From an uncultured virus (IMG/VR IMGVR_UViG_3300012953_000023) (Duplodnaviria > Heunggongvirae > Uroviricota > Caudoviricetes): a DNA stretch of 20,000 nt. The position numbers and the translations under genes were made by a program. Below are positions 1 to 7,508 of the stretch, in pieces (the first letter of the stretch is position 1; each line of letters opens with the position of its first letter). Below the pieces are notes generated by a model, which worked only from the letters and a program-made list of their open reading frames with translations, did not search any database and was not told where the DNA came from. The stretch lies in IMG/VR virus record IMGVR_UViG_3300012953_000023; one strand, given 5' to 3'.

Positions 1-34
1 CTTCATTAAACTTATAATTAATTTTTTTACTCAT
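1..34 (-). CDS. 5' end of a hypothetical protein (MSKKINYKFNE...), runs off the window
   Basis: GAGGA Shine-Dalgarno 5 nt before ATG at 34, overlapping the last codons of the AAA+ gene; frame open to position 1. Only 11 codons visible. Confidence 0.55.
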   Translation of the reverse strand, partial: MSKKINYKFNE

Positions 35-1148
35 AGCTATCCTCTGATTCTATTTCTTGTTCTTCGCTATCTAAAGCACCTGAATCTACTTTAGTGTAGA
101 GATCTAGGAATGCTTCTTTTGTATCATCATCGAACCTTGAGATACATAGATCAATTGCTTTTAGTTTATCTCCAAAGATTGCATATGATTGTGTAATATG
201 ACATAGCCTTCTTGTTGAAACTACTTCATCGACACCGTCATCTTCAAATGTCTTTCTGATTATATCTGCCCAAGTAACTAGCTTTTCAGCAAATTCTTTA
301 TCAATTGAGCCAAACTTTTCCATATGCTTAAGCACAATTTTTGTTTCAATTGATTTAGCTGGGAATTGTTGATCTATTGATATAGTAAATCTTTCTAGGA
401 AAGCCTCATCTATGATTGATGCAGCTGTAAACCTACCATCATCTGAACCTTTACCTTTTGTATTAGCTGTAGCAATTATGTTGAATCCTGGTTGTGGAGT
501 AATTGTTTCACCCGTCTTTTTAACCAAGACTGGCTTACCTTCCAATATACCTTGTAAACACATAATTTTATTTGTAGCTCTATCAATTTCATCGAGCAAT
601 AAAACTGCACCGTTTTCCATCGCTTTAAGAACTGGGCCTTTAGAGAATACAGTTTCTCCGTTAATAAGTCTAAATCCGCCAAGTAAATCGTCCTCATCTG
701 TTTCTGGGTTGATTTGTACTCTAATAAACTCTCTGTTTAATTTAGCACATGATTGTTCAACCATAAAGGTTTTACCATTACCTGATAATCCAGATATGTA
801 CATTGGATAAAACATTTCTGATTTTATTACTTTAGTTACATCTTTGAAAAAACCCCATGGTACAAAAGTATCATCTACTGATGCGAAGTTTTTCTCTTGA
901 TTAACTATTGATTGCATACTTAAGGTTGTGTTGTCCTTAATTGGCTCTTCTCTGATTGGTAAAATCACAGCTGATAGATCATATTGACCTCTGGTTTCAC
1001 CTTTTGTTTCTAGTAAAGGTGCCCAATCTTTTTTGGTATAACCTAAAGATTTTGCTATTTTTACTATTGTAGCCTTTCTAAAAATTGTAGTATCTGGATA
1101 TTGCTCAATTAGCTTATCCAAAATGTTCTTAGTATTCACGTTTATCAT
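27..1148 (-). CDS. cobS: CobS/MoxR-like AAA+ ATPase
   Basis: Walker A GLSGNGKT, Walker B LLLDEIDR, ATANTKGKG and FLERF motifs. The track's GTG at 1160 lies inside the AGGAG SD (1160-1164), so ATG at 1148 is preferred. The symbol reflects the usual phage annotation, not a proven cobalamin role. Confidence 0.9.
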   Translation of the reverse strand: MINVNTKNILDKLIEQYPDTTIFRKATIVKIAKSLGYTKKDWAPLLETKGETRGQYDLSAVILPIREEPIKDNTTLSMQSIVNQEKNFASVDDTFVPWGFFKDVTKVIKSEMFYPMYISGLSGNGKTFMVEQSCAKLNREFIRVQINPETDEDDLLGGFRLINGETVFSKGPVLKAMENGAVLLLDEIDRATNKIMCLQGILEGKPVLVKKTGETITPQPGFNIIATANTKGKGSDDGRFTAASIIDEAFLERFTISIDQQFPAKSIETKIVLKHMEKFGSIDKEFAEKLVTWADIIRKTFEDDGVDEVVSTRRLCHITQSYAIFGDKLKAIDLCISRFDDDTKEAFLDLYTKVDSGALDSEEQEIESEDSYE

Positions 1149-1182
1149 AATATAATTCACTCCTTTTTTGATTTATAGTAGT

Positions 1183-1224
1183 ATTGTACCATAGTTTTGG
1201 TTAAATGTACAGTGTTTTCTGCAA
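1183..1224 (-). promoter_or_regulatory. sigma70-type (early) promoter with conserved upstream element
   Basis: TTGCAGAAAACAC-TGTACA(1211-1206)-17 nt-TACAAT(1188-1183), with TG extended -10. Same architecture recurs at 3450, 6969, 7020 and 9484. Confidence 0.8.
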
Positions 1225-1235
1225 TTAATTTGAAA

Positions 1236-3419
1236 TTAAACTGCAACCGCCTTACCAAACTTTGTCATTAAATTTTTATTTGTTTTCTTTTTATTTGAGT
1301 ATTTTTTAAATGCCGATCTTATCTGGCTATCAGAAGCTTCTTCAGATATTTCAAATGTATCTTCAGTATCTACTCCAAATTTATCACCTCTTACAACATA
1401 ATAATTATCATATCCAAATACATTCTTAAATTCAATGCATCTGTTTTTTGTATTTTCTTTAATTTTAGATTTTCTAAAATTCTGAAATTCTGATGAATAC
1501 CAATCATTATCTGTATGATATGCATCCATAATTTTATGGTTTAATTCTTTAGAACCATTAGCTACAAAGAATCCCATAGTGTTAATACCATATCTTTTCT
1601 TAAGATTTTTGTATAGATCTTCAGTTCCTTTTCTTCCTTTATCTCTTAAAAGAGCTCTTTTGCCATCAATTGTGATTTGAGTTTTTCCATCCCAGTAAGC
1701 ACCAGATGAAGTTTCTACTCTTTTTACATTTAATTTATGATCTTCATATATTCTAAGTCTATTTGTATCACCATCAGTGATAGATAAAAGTGTAACATTT
1801 TCTAATTGATGTTTAGCTTTGAATTTTTTAATTAGTGAATGAGTAACAATTAAAGCTTGATTAAGAGGAGTAGAACCCCAGTCTTCTTCTACTGGCTTTA
1901 TGTTATCGTTATATGAGCCTCTTCCCCAATCAGTTCTAGCATATAACCACTTTAATGCTTCTTCAAAATCATTTTTCTTTAAAGAACTATGTATCAATTG
2001 TGGCATTGATAATGAATCCATTGAAACGTCTCCATCGCTATAATCTTCATGACTGTAATTTGTTCCAGTAGTGAAAGCGAAAACTTCGAATGGAATATTT
2101 ACAGCTTTACAGAAAATAACACTATGGATAATTTGATCTAGAACATTGTGCAATTGATCGCACATAGATCCAGAATAATCTACTAGCATAAACATACCAT
2201 GATTTTTTGCGTCAGCTAAGTGTGTAGTTTTTGCAAAAATATCTTCTGATACTCTATAACTATGCAATTTGTTTACATCAATTCTTCCGGTTTTGGCCGT
2301 TTGAGCATGCATCCATCTTGTAGCAGCTTTTCTTTGTTCAAATTCTTTAACTGCTGGAACAACTGATTTTTTTACCTTTTTAATGTAATCTTTAAACTCT
2401 GATTCCATTTTTTGAGTAAGAACTCCATTATCATAGTTATCAGAATAGTAACTATCATCTTTATAAAGTTCTATCATTCTGTTTAGCTTTTCATACCTTT
2501 TATCCATAAGATCGCTATGTAAAACAACAGCTTTATTAGATTTTTCTTTATTAATACCATTTCCGTACATTACATCAGTAGTTTCAGGTATTAATGATTC
2601 TTCCATTGCTCTAAAAATTTCATCAGTGACTGATACGTCTTCATCGGTATGCTCAGGTTGAGGATTGGTTGAAGAGTTTGATTCTTCTTCTGTTGTTTCT
2701 GTATCTTCATCAACTTCATTATTAGAGGAGGATTGTTCATCTTTAGTATTTTCTTCTTGTTCATAATCGTTCTCCATGTCGTCGTGGCCCATAGATGTAG
2801 GATCTTCATTATCTTCTTGATCATTATCTTCTACATCTGGTTCAGGCATTTGTGGAGGATTCATAAGTTCCTCTTGATTTTCTTTTGTATAAGCTAGGAT
2901 TTCTCTAACAACATCTAAGACTTCTGAAAATTCTTCAGTTGTCATAGTTTTATGAAAAAGGTTTTGTTCTTCAGCATTAAATGGTACATCTACCAAATTA
3001 CCTACTTTAGCTTCAAGATTAATTTTATCAATTAGTTTTACTTTATCCCAATCGATGTTATCTACATCGCCAAAAAATTCATCGGCTACTAGTTTTTTAT
3101 ATCCTCTTGACATTGGACCAACTAGGCCAGGATAATCTTTCTTGATTTTTTTCTCAATCCTAGCATCTTCTACAACATTAATATATGATCTAGGGCATCC
3201 TTCTAATTTTTCTGGTGAATCATGCCAACCTTCAAATGGTGTATATAACGCATGACCTACTTCGTGTCCAATTAAAAGATCTGTTACATCTTTAGTAACA
3301 TTATCCCATGCAGGTAAACCTAATACTCTATTTTTGATATCGAACCAGGCAGTTTGATAGTTGCCGCTTTTAACGGTAATATCTTCTTTGGCTAGTAATT
3401 TTGCGATTGTAGTATTAAT
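1236..3419 (-). CDS. CobT-like protein: N-terminal HEXXH metallopeptidase-like domain, acidic linker, C-terminal VWA domain (about 727 aa)
   Basis: The frame of the 625-aa track ORF stays open 102 codons upstream (INTTIAKLLAKEDITV...LLIGHEVGHALYTP...NVVEDARIEK) to an in-frame TGA at 3425-3423. AGGAG lies 6 nt before ATT at 3419. MIDAS-type motifs LVDYSGSM, GSTPL, ITDGD. Adjacent to a MoxR-type ATPase. Confidence 0.85.
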   Translation of the reverse strand: MNTTIAKLLAKEDITVKSGNYQTAWFDIKNRVLGLPAWDNVTKDVTDLLIGHEVGHALYTPFEGWHDSPEKLEGCPRSYINVVEDARIEKKIKKDYPGLVGPMSRGYKKLVADEFFGDVDNIDWDKVKLIDKINLEAKVGNLVDVPFNAEEQNLFHKTMTTEEFSEVLDVVREILAYTKENQEELMNPPQMPEPDVEDNDQEDNEDPTSMGHDDMENDYEQEENTKDEQSSSNNEVDEDTETTEEESNSSTNPQPEHTDEDVSVTDEIFRAMEESLIPETTDVMYGNGINKEKSNKAVVLHSDLMDKRYEKLNRMIELYKDDSYYSDNYDNGVLTQKMESEFKDYIKKVKKSVVPAVKEFEQRKAATRWMHAQTAKTGRIDVNKLHSYRVSEDIFAKTTHLADAKNHGMFMLVDYSGSMCDQLHNVLDQIIHSVIFCKAVNIPFEVFAFTTGTNYSHEDYSDGDVSMDSLSMPQLIHSSLKKNDFEEALKWLYARTDWGRGSYNDNIKPVEEDWGSTPLNQALIVTHSLIKKFKAKHQLENVTLLSITDGDTNRLRIYEDHKLNVKRVETSSGAYWDGKTQITIDGKRALLRDKGRKGTEDLYKNLKKRYGINTMGFFVANGSKELNHKIMDAYHTDNDWYSSEFQNFRKSKIKENTKNRCIEFKNVFGYDNYYVVRGDKFGVDTEDTFEISEEASDSQIRSAFKKYSNKKKTNKNLMTKFGKAVAV

Positions 3420-3449
3420 AATTCACTCCTTTTATTAATTTATATATGT

Positions 3450-3491
3450 ATTGTACCAGGTTTGGGCACATTTGTACAGTGTTTTCTGCAA
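3450..3491 (-). promoter_or_regulatory. sigma70-type (early) promoter with conserved upstream element
   Basis: TTGCAGAAAACAC-TGTACA(3478-3473)-17 nt-TACAAT(3455-3450), TG extended -10; 19-nt exact match to the copy at 1206-1224. Confidence 0.8.
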
Positions 3492-3505
3492 AATAATTGC
3501 AGAAA
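3483..3505. repeat. 9-bp inverted repeat (hairpin) between the tRNA 3' end and the promoter
   Basis: TTTCTGCAA-AATAA-TTGCAGAAA; no U-tract follows on the minus strand. Confidence 0.6.
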
Positions 3506-3522
3506 CATGCATGATAAGTGAC

Positions 3523-3598
3523 TGGTGGAGCTGATAGGAATCGAACCTACGACCTACTGGATGCAAACCAGTCGCTCTCCCTACTGAGCTACAGCCCC
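3523..3598 (-). tRNA. tRNA-Ala (anticodon UGC), CCA encoded
   Basis: 76 nt GGGGCTGTAGCTCAGTAGGGAGAGCGACTGGTTTGCATCCAGTAGGTCGTAGGTTCGATTCCTATCAGCTCCACCA: 7-bp acceptor stem with the G3:U70 Ala identity pair, anticodon arm ACTGG-TTTGCAT-CCAGT, GGTTCGATTCC T-arm, discriminator A. Confidence 0.97.
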
Positions 3599-5313
3599 TA
3601 CTTTATCTTGGAAAAGTTTCTATCTTTAAAGAACTCTATTTTACTTCTAAATTTATTCTCTAATACATCGCCCTTATGGGATATGATGAATACATTAGAA
3701 CCATCTTCTAGCGTATCCAATATTTTTGTAAGGTTATCAATGCCGTCCATATCTAAACTTGAATCAAACGTTTCGTCTAATACTAATAGATTAGTCGATG
3801 CACTATTTTTCATTTTGGCTATTTGCCTCCATGTAAAGAGTAGTGCTAGGTCAATTCTTTGTTTTTCACCTTCACTAAACGACGCATAGTTAAATGAATC
3901 TCTGTGTCTTGATCTAATTGTCTCACCAAAATTTTCATCTAAGTGAAATGCTACAAAGAAATCTAACACTTGCAGATACTGGTTAATAAGACGATTCATT
4001 ACTGGTAAATATTGTTTAATTACTTTCGTCTTGATACCAGTATCTTTAAGCATTTCCCCTATAACTTCATTATATGTTCTTTCTTCAACATAAGCTAATT
4101 TCTTTTCGGTTGAAGAATCTTTCTTTTTTCTTAAAGAATTTAATTCAGCCTTTGCTGTTTTTACATCACCTGTTTGATTCTGTAAATTGTCTATTTCTTT
4201 TTGTGTTCTTCCTACTTCTTTCTGTAAAAGAGTTATCTTTTCATTATTAGAATTAATTCTTTGTTGCTTCTGTCTCAACTGATTTAAGTTATTAAGAATT
4301 TCTTTACCTTCTTTTTCTAAAATGTTAACTTCTTTTACTAACTGTGATTGCTGATCTTGTACATCTTTAGCTTTTCGTTTTAAATCACCTAGTTTTGTGT
4401 CTTTAATCTGTGTAGTAATTTCTTGTTCACAGGTTGGACAGTTGTCGTTTTCTTCAAAAAATCTAGCATCTTCGACTAAAGCTCTTATTTGGTTTTTAAA
4501 GTCTTTATCGTAAGCCTTTATATCAGACATTTTATCATTAAAGAATTTATATTCCTTTTCCTCTCCTGCTAGCATTGTAGTCAAGTTTTTACCTAGATCT
4601 TTTGATTCTTGGAATATCTCTTTAATTTCTTCTTTATAAACTTCTATTGACTCTCTTTTCTTTTCGATTTGTTCATCATTTAAAGATTGTAAATCTTTTA
4701 TGTATTTAGATTGTCCATCTATTTTGGTTTTAAATAAATCAATGTTATGGTTTATATCAATTAAATCTTCTCTAATCTTTGCATTTCTTTCTTTTAGCAA
4801 TTGATTCATTTTACTAAATATATTAATATCTAATAAATCTTCAATGACAGAACGTCTTGACCACGCTGGTAGTTGCATAAACGGAATGAATGAGCTACTT
4901 CCTAATACAACTACTTGGTGGAAACTTTTATGATTTAGTTTAAGTATATTACTTTCCAAATACTTTTGATAATCTCTTACATTGGACGCTTGGTTTATCA
5001 TATTACCATTTTGCCAAATCTCAAATTTTGTTGGTTTTATTGATCTAACTATTTTAAATTGAGAACCACCAATATCAAACTCAACCTGTACTTCGGTTTG
5101 CTTCTTATTAATTGAATTCATTAATTGCTTTTTATTAATGTCTCTATGTGGTTTACCGAATAAACCAAATGATAAAGCGTCAAGTAAAGTTGATTTACCT
5201 GCTCCGTTTTGGCCTACGATAAGTGTTGTTGGTGATTTTGTTAAATTTATTGTTATAGGATCGTTTCCTGTGGATAAAAAATTCTTCCAGGAAACAGACT
5301 TAAAATGTATCAT
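3598..5313 (-). CDS. gp46: Recombination endonuclease subunit, Rad50/SbcC-like ATPase
   Basis: Walker A GQNGAGKST, coiled coil with CPTC zinc hook, signature FSEGEKQRIDLAL, Walker B LLVLDE, ISH motif. Confidence 0.96.
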   Translation of the reverse strand: MIHFKSVSWKNFLSTGNDPITINLTKSPTTLIVGQNGAGKSTLLDALSFGLFGKPHRDINKKQLMNSINKKQTEVQVEFDIGGSQFKIVRSIKPTKFEIWQNGNMINQASNVRDYQKYLESNILKLNHKSFHQVVVLGSSSFIPFMQLPAWSRRSVIEDLLDINIFSKMNQLLKERNAKIREDLIDINHNIDLFKTKIDGQSKYIKDLQSLNDEQIEKKRESIEVYKEEIKEIFQESKDLGKNLTTMLAGEEKEYKFFNDKMSDIKAYDKDFKNQIRALVEDARFFEENDNCPTCEQEITTQIKDTKLGDLKRKAKDVQDQQSQLVKEVNILEKEGKEILNNLNQLRQKQQRINSNNEKITLLQKEVGRTQKEIDNLQNQTGDVKTAKAELNSLRKKKDSSTEKKLAYVEERTYNEVIGEMLKDTGIKTKVIKQYLPVMNRLINQYLQVLDFFVAFHLDENFGETIRSRHRDSFNYASFSEGEKQRIDLALLFTWRQIAKMKNSASTNLLVLDETFDSSLDMDGIDNLTKILDTLEDGSNVFIISHKGDVLENKFRSKIEFFKDRNFSKIK

Positions 5314-5319
5314 ACTATA

Positions 5320-6381
5320 TTATACTACCTCTAGATTTTGTGCTTCAGTATAAAGCTTTCTTAATTCAACTTTGATATGTTCTTTATCTAAATCAGTGTC
5401 AACTGCTTCAACGTAGGAATCTAATAATTCGGTTGTATCTTCTAATGAGACCTTATCATCTTCAACGCTATCGCCTAGATATTCTTCAAAGCTTTCAGCT
5501 ATTTTTAGCTCATAGGTATTTACACTTTGTAGCTTATCAACAAATTTATCAAACATATACAAATCATTTTTATTTAATACTATAAGTTTAATAAATTTAT
5601 TTTCAAACTGTGACATATCTATGTTATCATAATTGTTTTTAGTATCGTCATAGATTACCTTTTTAAACATAGTAATTGGATTACGAACAGCTTCAATTTC
5701 TCTAGTATCTGTGTCTAATACATGGAAAAATTTAGGATCATCTACATCTGCCCAAGTAAATTCCATTTGTGAACCTAGATAGTGAACATTATCTCTACTT
5801 GATTTAGTATGGAAATGCCCTGATAGAACCATTTCAAACCTAGAAAACACATCTGCATTCATTCCATGCGGATTAGGTACTCCAGCCATCATATCAAAAC
5901 CTTTTAATTCCAGGTGAGCTCCAAGTATTGAAGCTTCACATTGTAAAGCCCACTTAGTGTATTCTTCGTAATTAGAATTATTAATCCAAGGGATAACTGC
6001 AACTTTGCATCCATCATAATCTAACACCTTAGGTTTCATTATGATGTTTACATTTGTTGTAAAGTAACCAAGAAGTTCTTTAAGAGAACATAGTTCGTTT
6101 GTATTTTTAAAATAAACATCATGATTACCGGGGATGATATCCATAGTAATACCCATGTCCCGCATAGGCTCAAGAAAATGTTTACGATTAGCATTAAGTG
6201 CTTTAAAATTAACAAACTTACGATGCTCATAATAATCTCCTAAATGGAGTATTTGAGTTATGTTGTGTTCTTTAAGATATGGAAAAAATACTTCTGTATA
6301 GAATCTATCATTATAGTTAAGAAATATATCCGATGAATTTCTAACACCACAATGGGTGTCATTCAATATTGCTACCTTCAT
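5320..6381 (-). CDS. gp47: Recombination endonuclease subunit, Mre11/SbcD-like nuclease
   Basis: Metallophosphoesterase motifs DTHCG, LGD, GNHD, SGHFH; directly upstream of gp46. Confidence 0.95.
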   Translation of the reverse strand: MKVAILNDTHCGVRNSSDIFLNYNDRFYTEVFFPYLKEHNITQILHLGDYYEHRKFVNFKALNANRKHFLEPMRDMGITMDIIPGNHDVYFKNTNELCSLKELLGYFTTNVNIIMKPKVLDYDGCKVAVIPWINNSNYEEYTKWALQCEASILGAHLELKGFDMMAGVPNPHGMNADVFSRFEMVLSGHFHTKSSRDNVHYLGSQMEFTWADVDDPKFFHVLDTDTREIEAVRNPITMFKKVIYDDTKNNYDNIDMSQFENKFIKLIVLNKNDLYMFDKFVDKLQSVNTYELKIAESFEEYLGDSVEDDKVSLEDTTELLDSYVEAVDTDLDKEHIKVELRKLYTEAQNLEVV

Positions 6382-6384
6382 TAA

Positions 6385-6945
6385 TTACCTCATGAATAGC
6401 TCTAATTTTTCACGAGCCTTTTCTTCTTTTGCGAACTTTTTAATTTTAGTGTCTTTATCTCTTACCTGTGATATTCTTTGTCTCAAGGTATCGACATAAG
6501 CCATAGTTTCAGCTGCCATTTCGTTATCCATTCCAGCTTCTACAAATTCCTCAATGCCCATTTTTTCAATAAATCTAAACTTAATATCTTGTTGTTTCTT
6601 TTCCTTAGTGATTCTTCGGATAAAGGCAAAATAGCAAATCTGTGTGAAATATGAAAAGGCATTTGGTTTACCAGTTCTTGTTGCAGTTTCAAGATTATAG
6701 TTTCCTATAGCCCTTAAGCAATTTTCAACTGCATCCATTACCATTTCTTCCCGATAGGTATACCTCACAAAGTTCGGTCTATGAGATAGGCCTTCTGCAA
6801 TTTTGATAAAACATCTTGCAATGTAATCTGTGACTTTTGGTATTTCTTTACCTTTGGATTCTGCTTGATTCTTTTCGCTGACATAATCAACAACGGCTAA
6901 TGAAAATTCTTTGTTGTTAATATAATGTGCTTTATTTTTACTCAT
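6385..6945 (-). CDS. gp55: Late transcription sigma factor
   Basis: HYINNKEF, IAEGLSHRPNFVRYTYREEMVMDAVENC and NAFSYFTQICYFAFIRRI motifs; gp55-gp47-gp46 synteny; GGAG SD. Confidence 0.95.
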   Translation of the reverse strand: MSKNKAHYINNKEFSLAVVDYVSEKNQAESKGKEIPKVTDYIARCFIKIAEGLSHRPNFVRYTYREEMVMDAVENCLRAIGNYNLETATRTGKPNAFSYFTQICYFAFIRRITKEKKQQDIKFRFIEKMGIEEFVEAGMDNEMAAETMAYVDTLRQRISQVRDKDTKIKKFAKEEKAREKLELFMR

Positions 6946-6968
6946 TAGTATTCTCCATAATTACTAGT

Positions 6969-6997
6969 ATTATACCATAGTTTTAGCCAAATGTACA
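6969..6997 (-). promoter_or_regulatory. sigma70-type promoter for gp55-gp47-gp46-tRNA
   Basis: TGTACA(6997-6992)-17 nt-TATAAT(6974-6969), TG extended -10. Confidence 0.8.
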
Positions 6998-7019
6998 GGG
7001 TTAATTAAATTGAATTCTT

Positions 7020-7061
7020 TTGCAGAAAACACTGTACAAAACGCATTTTATATGATATAAT
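7020..7061 (+). promoter_or_regulatory. Plus-strand (antisense) copy of the early promoter
   Basis: TTGCAGAAAACAC-TGTACA(7033-7038)-17 nt-TATAAT(7056-7061), TG at 7053-7054. Same 19-mer as 1206-1224 and 3473-3491 but in the opposite orientation. Confidence 0.78.
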
Positions 7062-7093
7062 AATATAGCATACCGGGGAGGGAATAATATAGA

Positions 7094-7495
7094 CTAATGT
7101 ATAGTCTCAGGTTTATCATCGGCGACTGATTCATTATCATATTCTTCTTCCATGGTATACTCTTCTCTCAACATATCGCGATACTTATCAATCAACTCAG
7201 TATTCGACTCAATTTTAGCCTCTGGTTGATCTTTCTGTAGCACGAAGTTAATATAGTTTTGTTGTATGTTTTCATCGATCTTAACTGATGCGATGATTCT
7301 ATTTTTCATAATCTTAAATAAGGAAGCTTTAGTAAAAGGAAACCAAGGGGATAATGTATATCCACCTAGCATATTCTGATTAAGCAATACAGGCCTTTCA
7401 ACTAAATAATTGTTTTCATTATTCTGATTGACAAGAGCTAATATTTCATCTCCATTAATCATTTTAATATGTCTAATATCTAAATTACCTTCCAT
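7094..7495 (-). CDS. Conserved phage hypothetical protein, putative Sm-like fold with acidic tail
   Basis: 133-aa ORF with IKMINGDEIL...RPV...PWFPF pattern resembling small Sm-like proteins found between uvsW and gp55 in T4-like phages. The fold is inferred. Confidence 0.65.
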   Translation of the reverse strand: MEGNLDIRHIKMINGDEILALVNQNNENNYLVERPVLLNQNMLGGYTLSPWFPFTKASLFKIMKNRIIASVKIDENIQQNYINFVLQKDQPEAKIESNTELIDKYRDMLREEYTMEEEYDNESVADDKPETIH

Positions 7496-7500
7496 ACTAC

Positions 7501-7508
7501 TATTTATA
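7501..7508 (-). promoter_or_regulatory. T4-type late promoter TATAAATA
   Basis: Exact TATAAATA overlapping the uvsW stop codon, 5 nt before the ATG at 7495. Confidence 0.7.

Noticed and set aside
412..810. Plus-strand 132-aa ORF, and similar ones at 5138, 9277, 10650, 12151, 12524, 13272, 13676, 15247, 16195, 16690, 17303 and 18119
   Set aside because: Antisense shadows of well-conserved minus-strand genes; no recognisable motifs.
27..3419. Cobalamin biosynthesis (cobaltochelatase) auxiliary metabolic genes
   Set aside because: No cobN or other cob genes in the window; the motifs support only a generic MoxR AAA+/VWA pair.
3450..3600. tRNA as a prophage attachment site
   Set aside because: No integrase and no duplicated tRNA 3' end seen; phage genes lie on both sides.
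3518..3889. Plus-strand 123-aa ORF
   Set aside because: Reverse complement of the tRNA and the gp46 3' end.
5319..5347. TATAAT just upstream of gp46
   Set aside because: Formed by the gp47 stop codon, with no family -35 at 17 nt and no TG extension.
7097..7129. 10-codon plus-strand mini-ORF (MYSLRFIIGD) after the antisense promoter
   Set aside because: The G-rich SD-like tract is about 13 nt from the ATG, which sits in a hairpin loop and is antisense to a coding gene; too weak to call.
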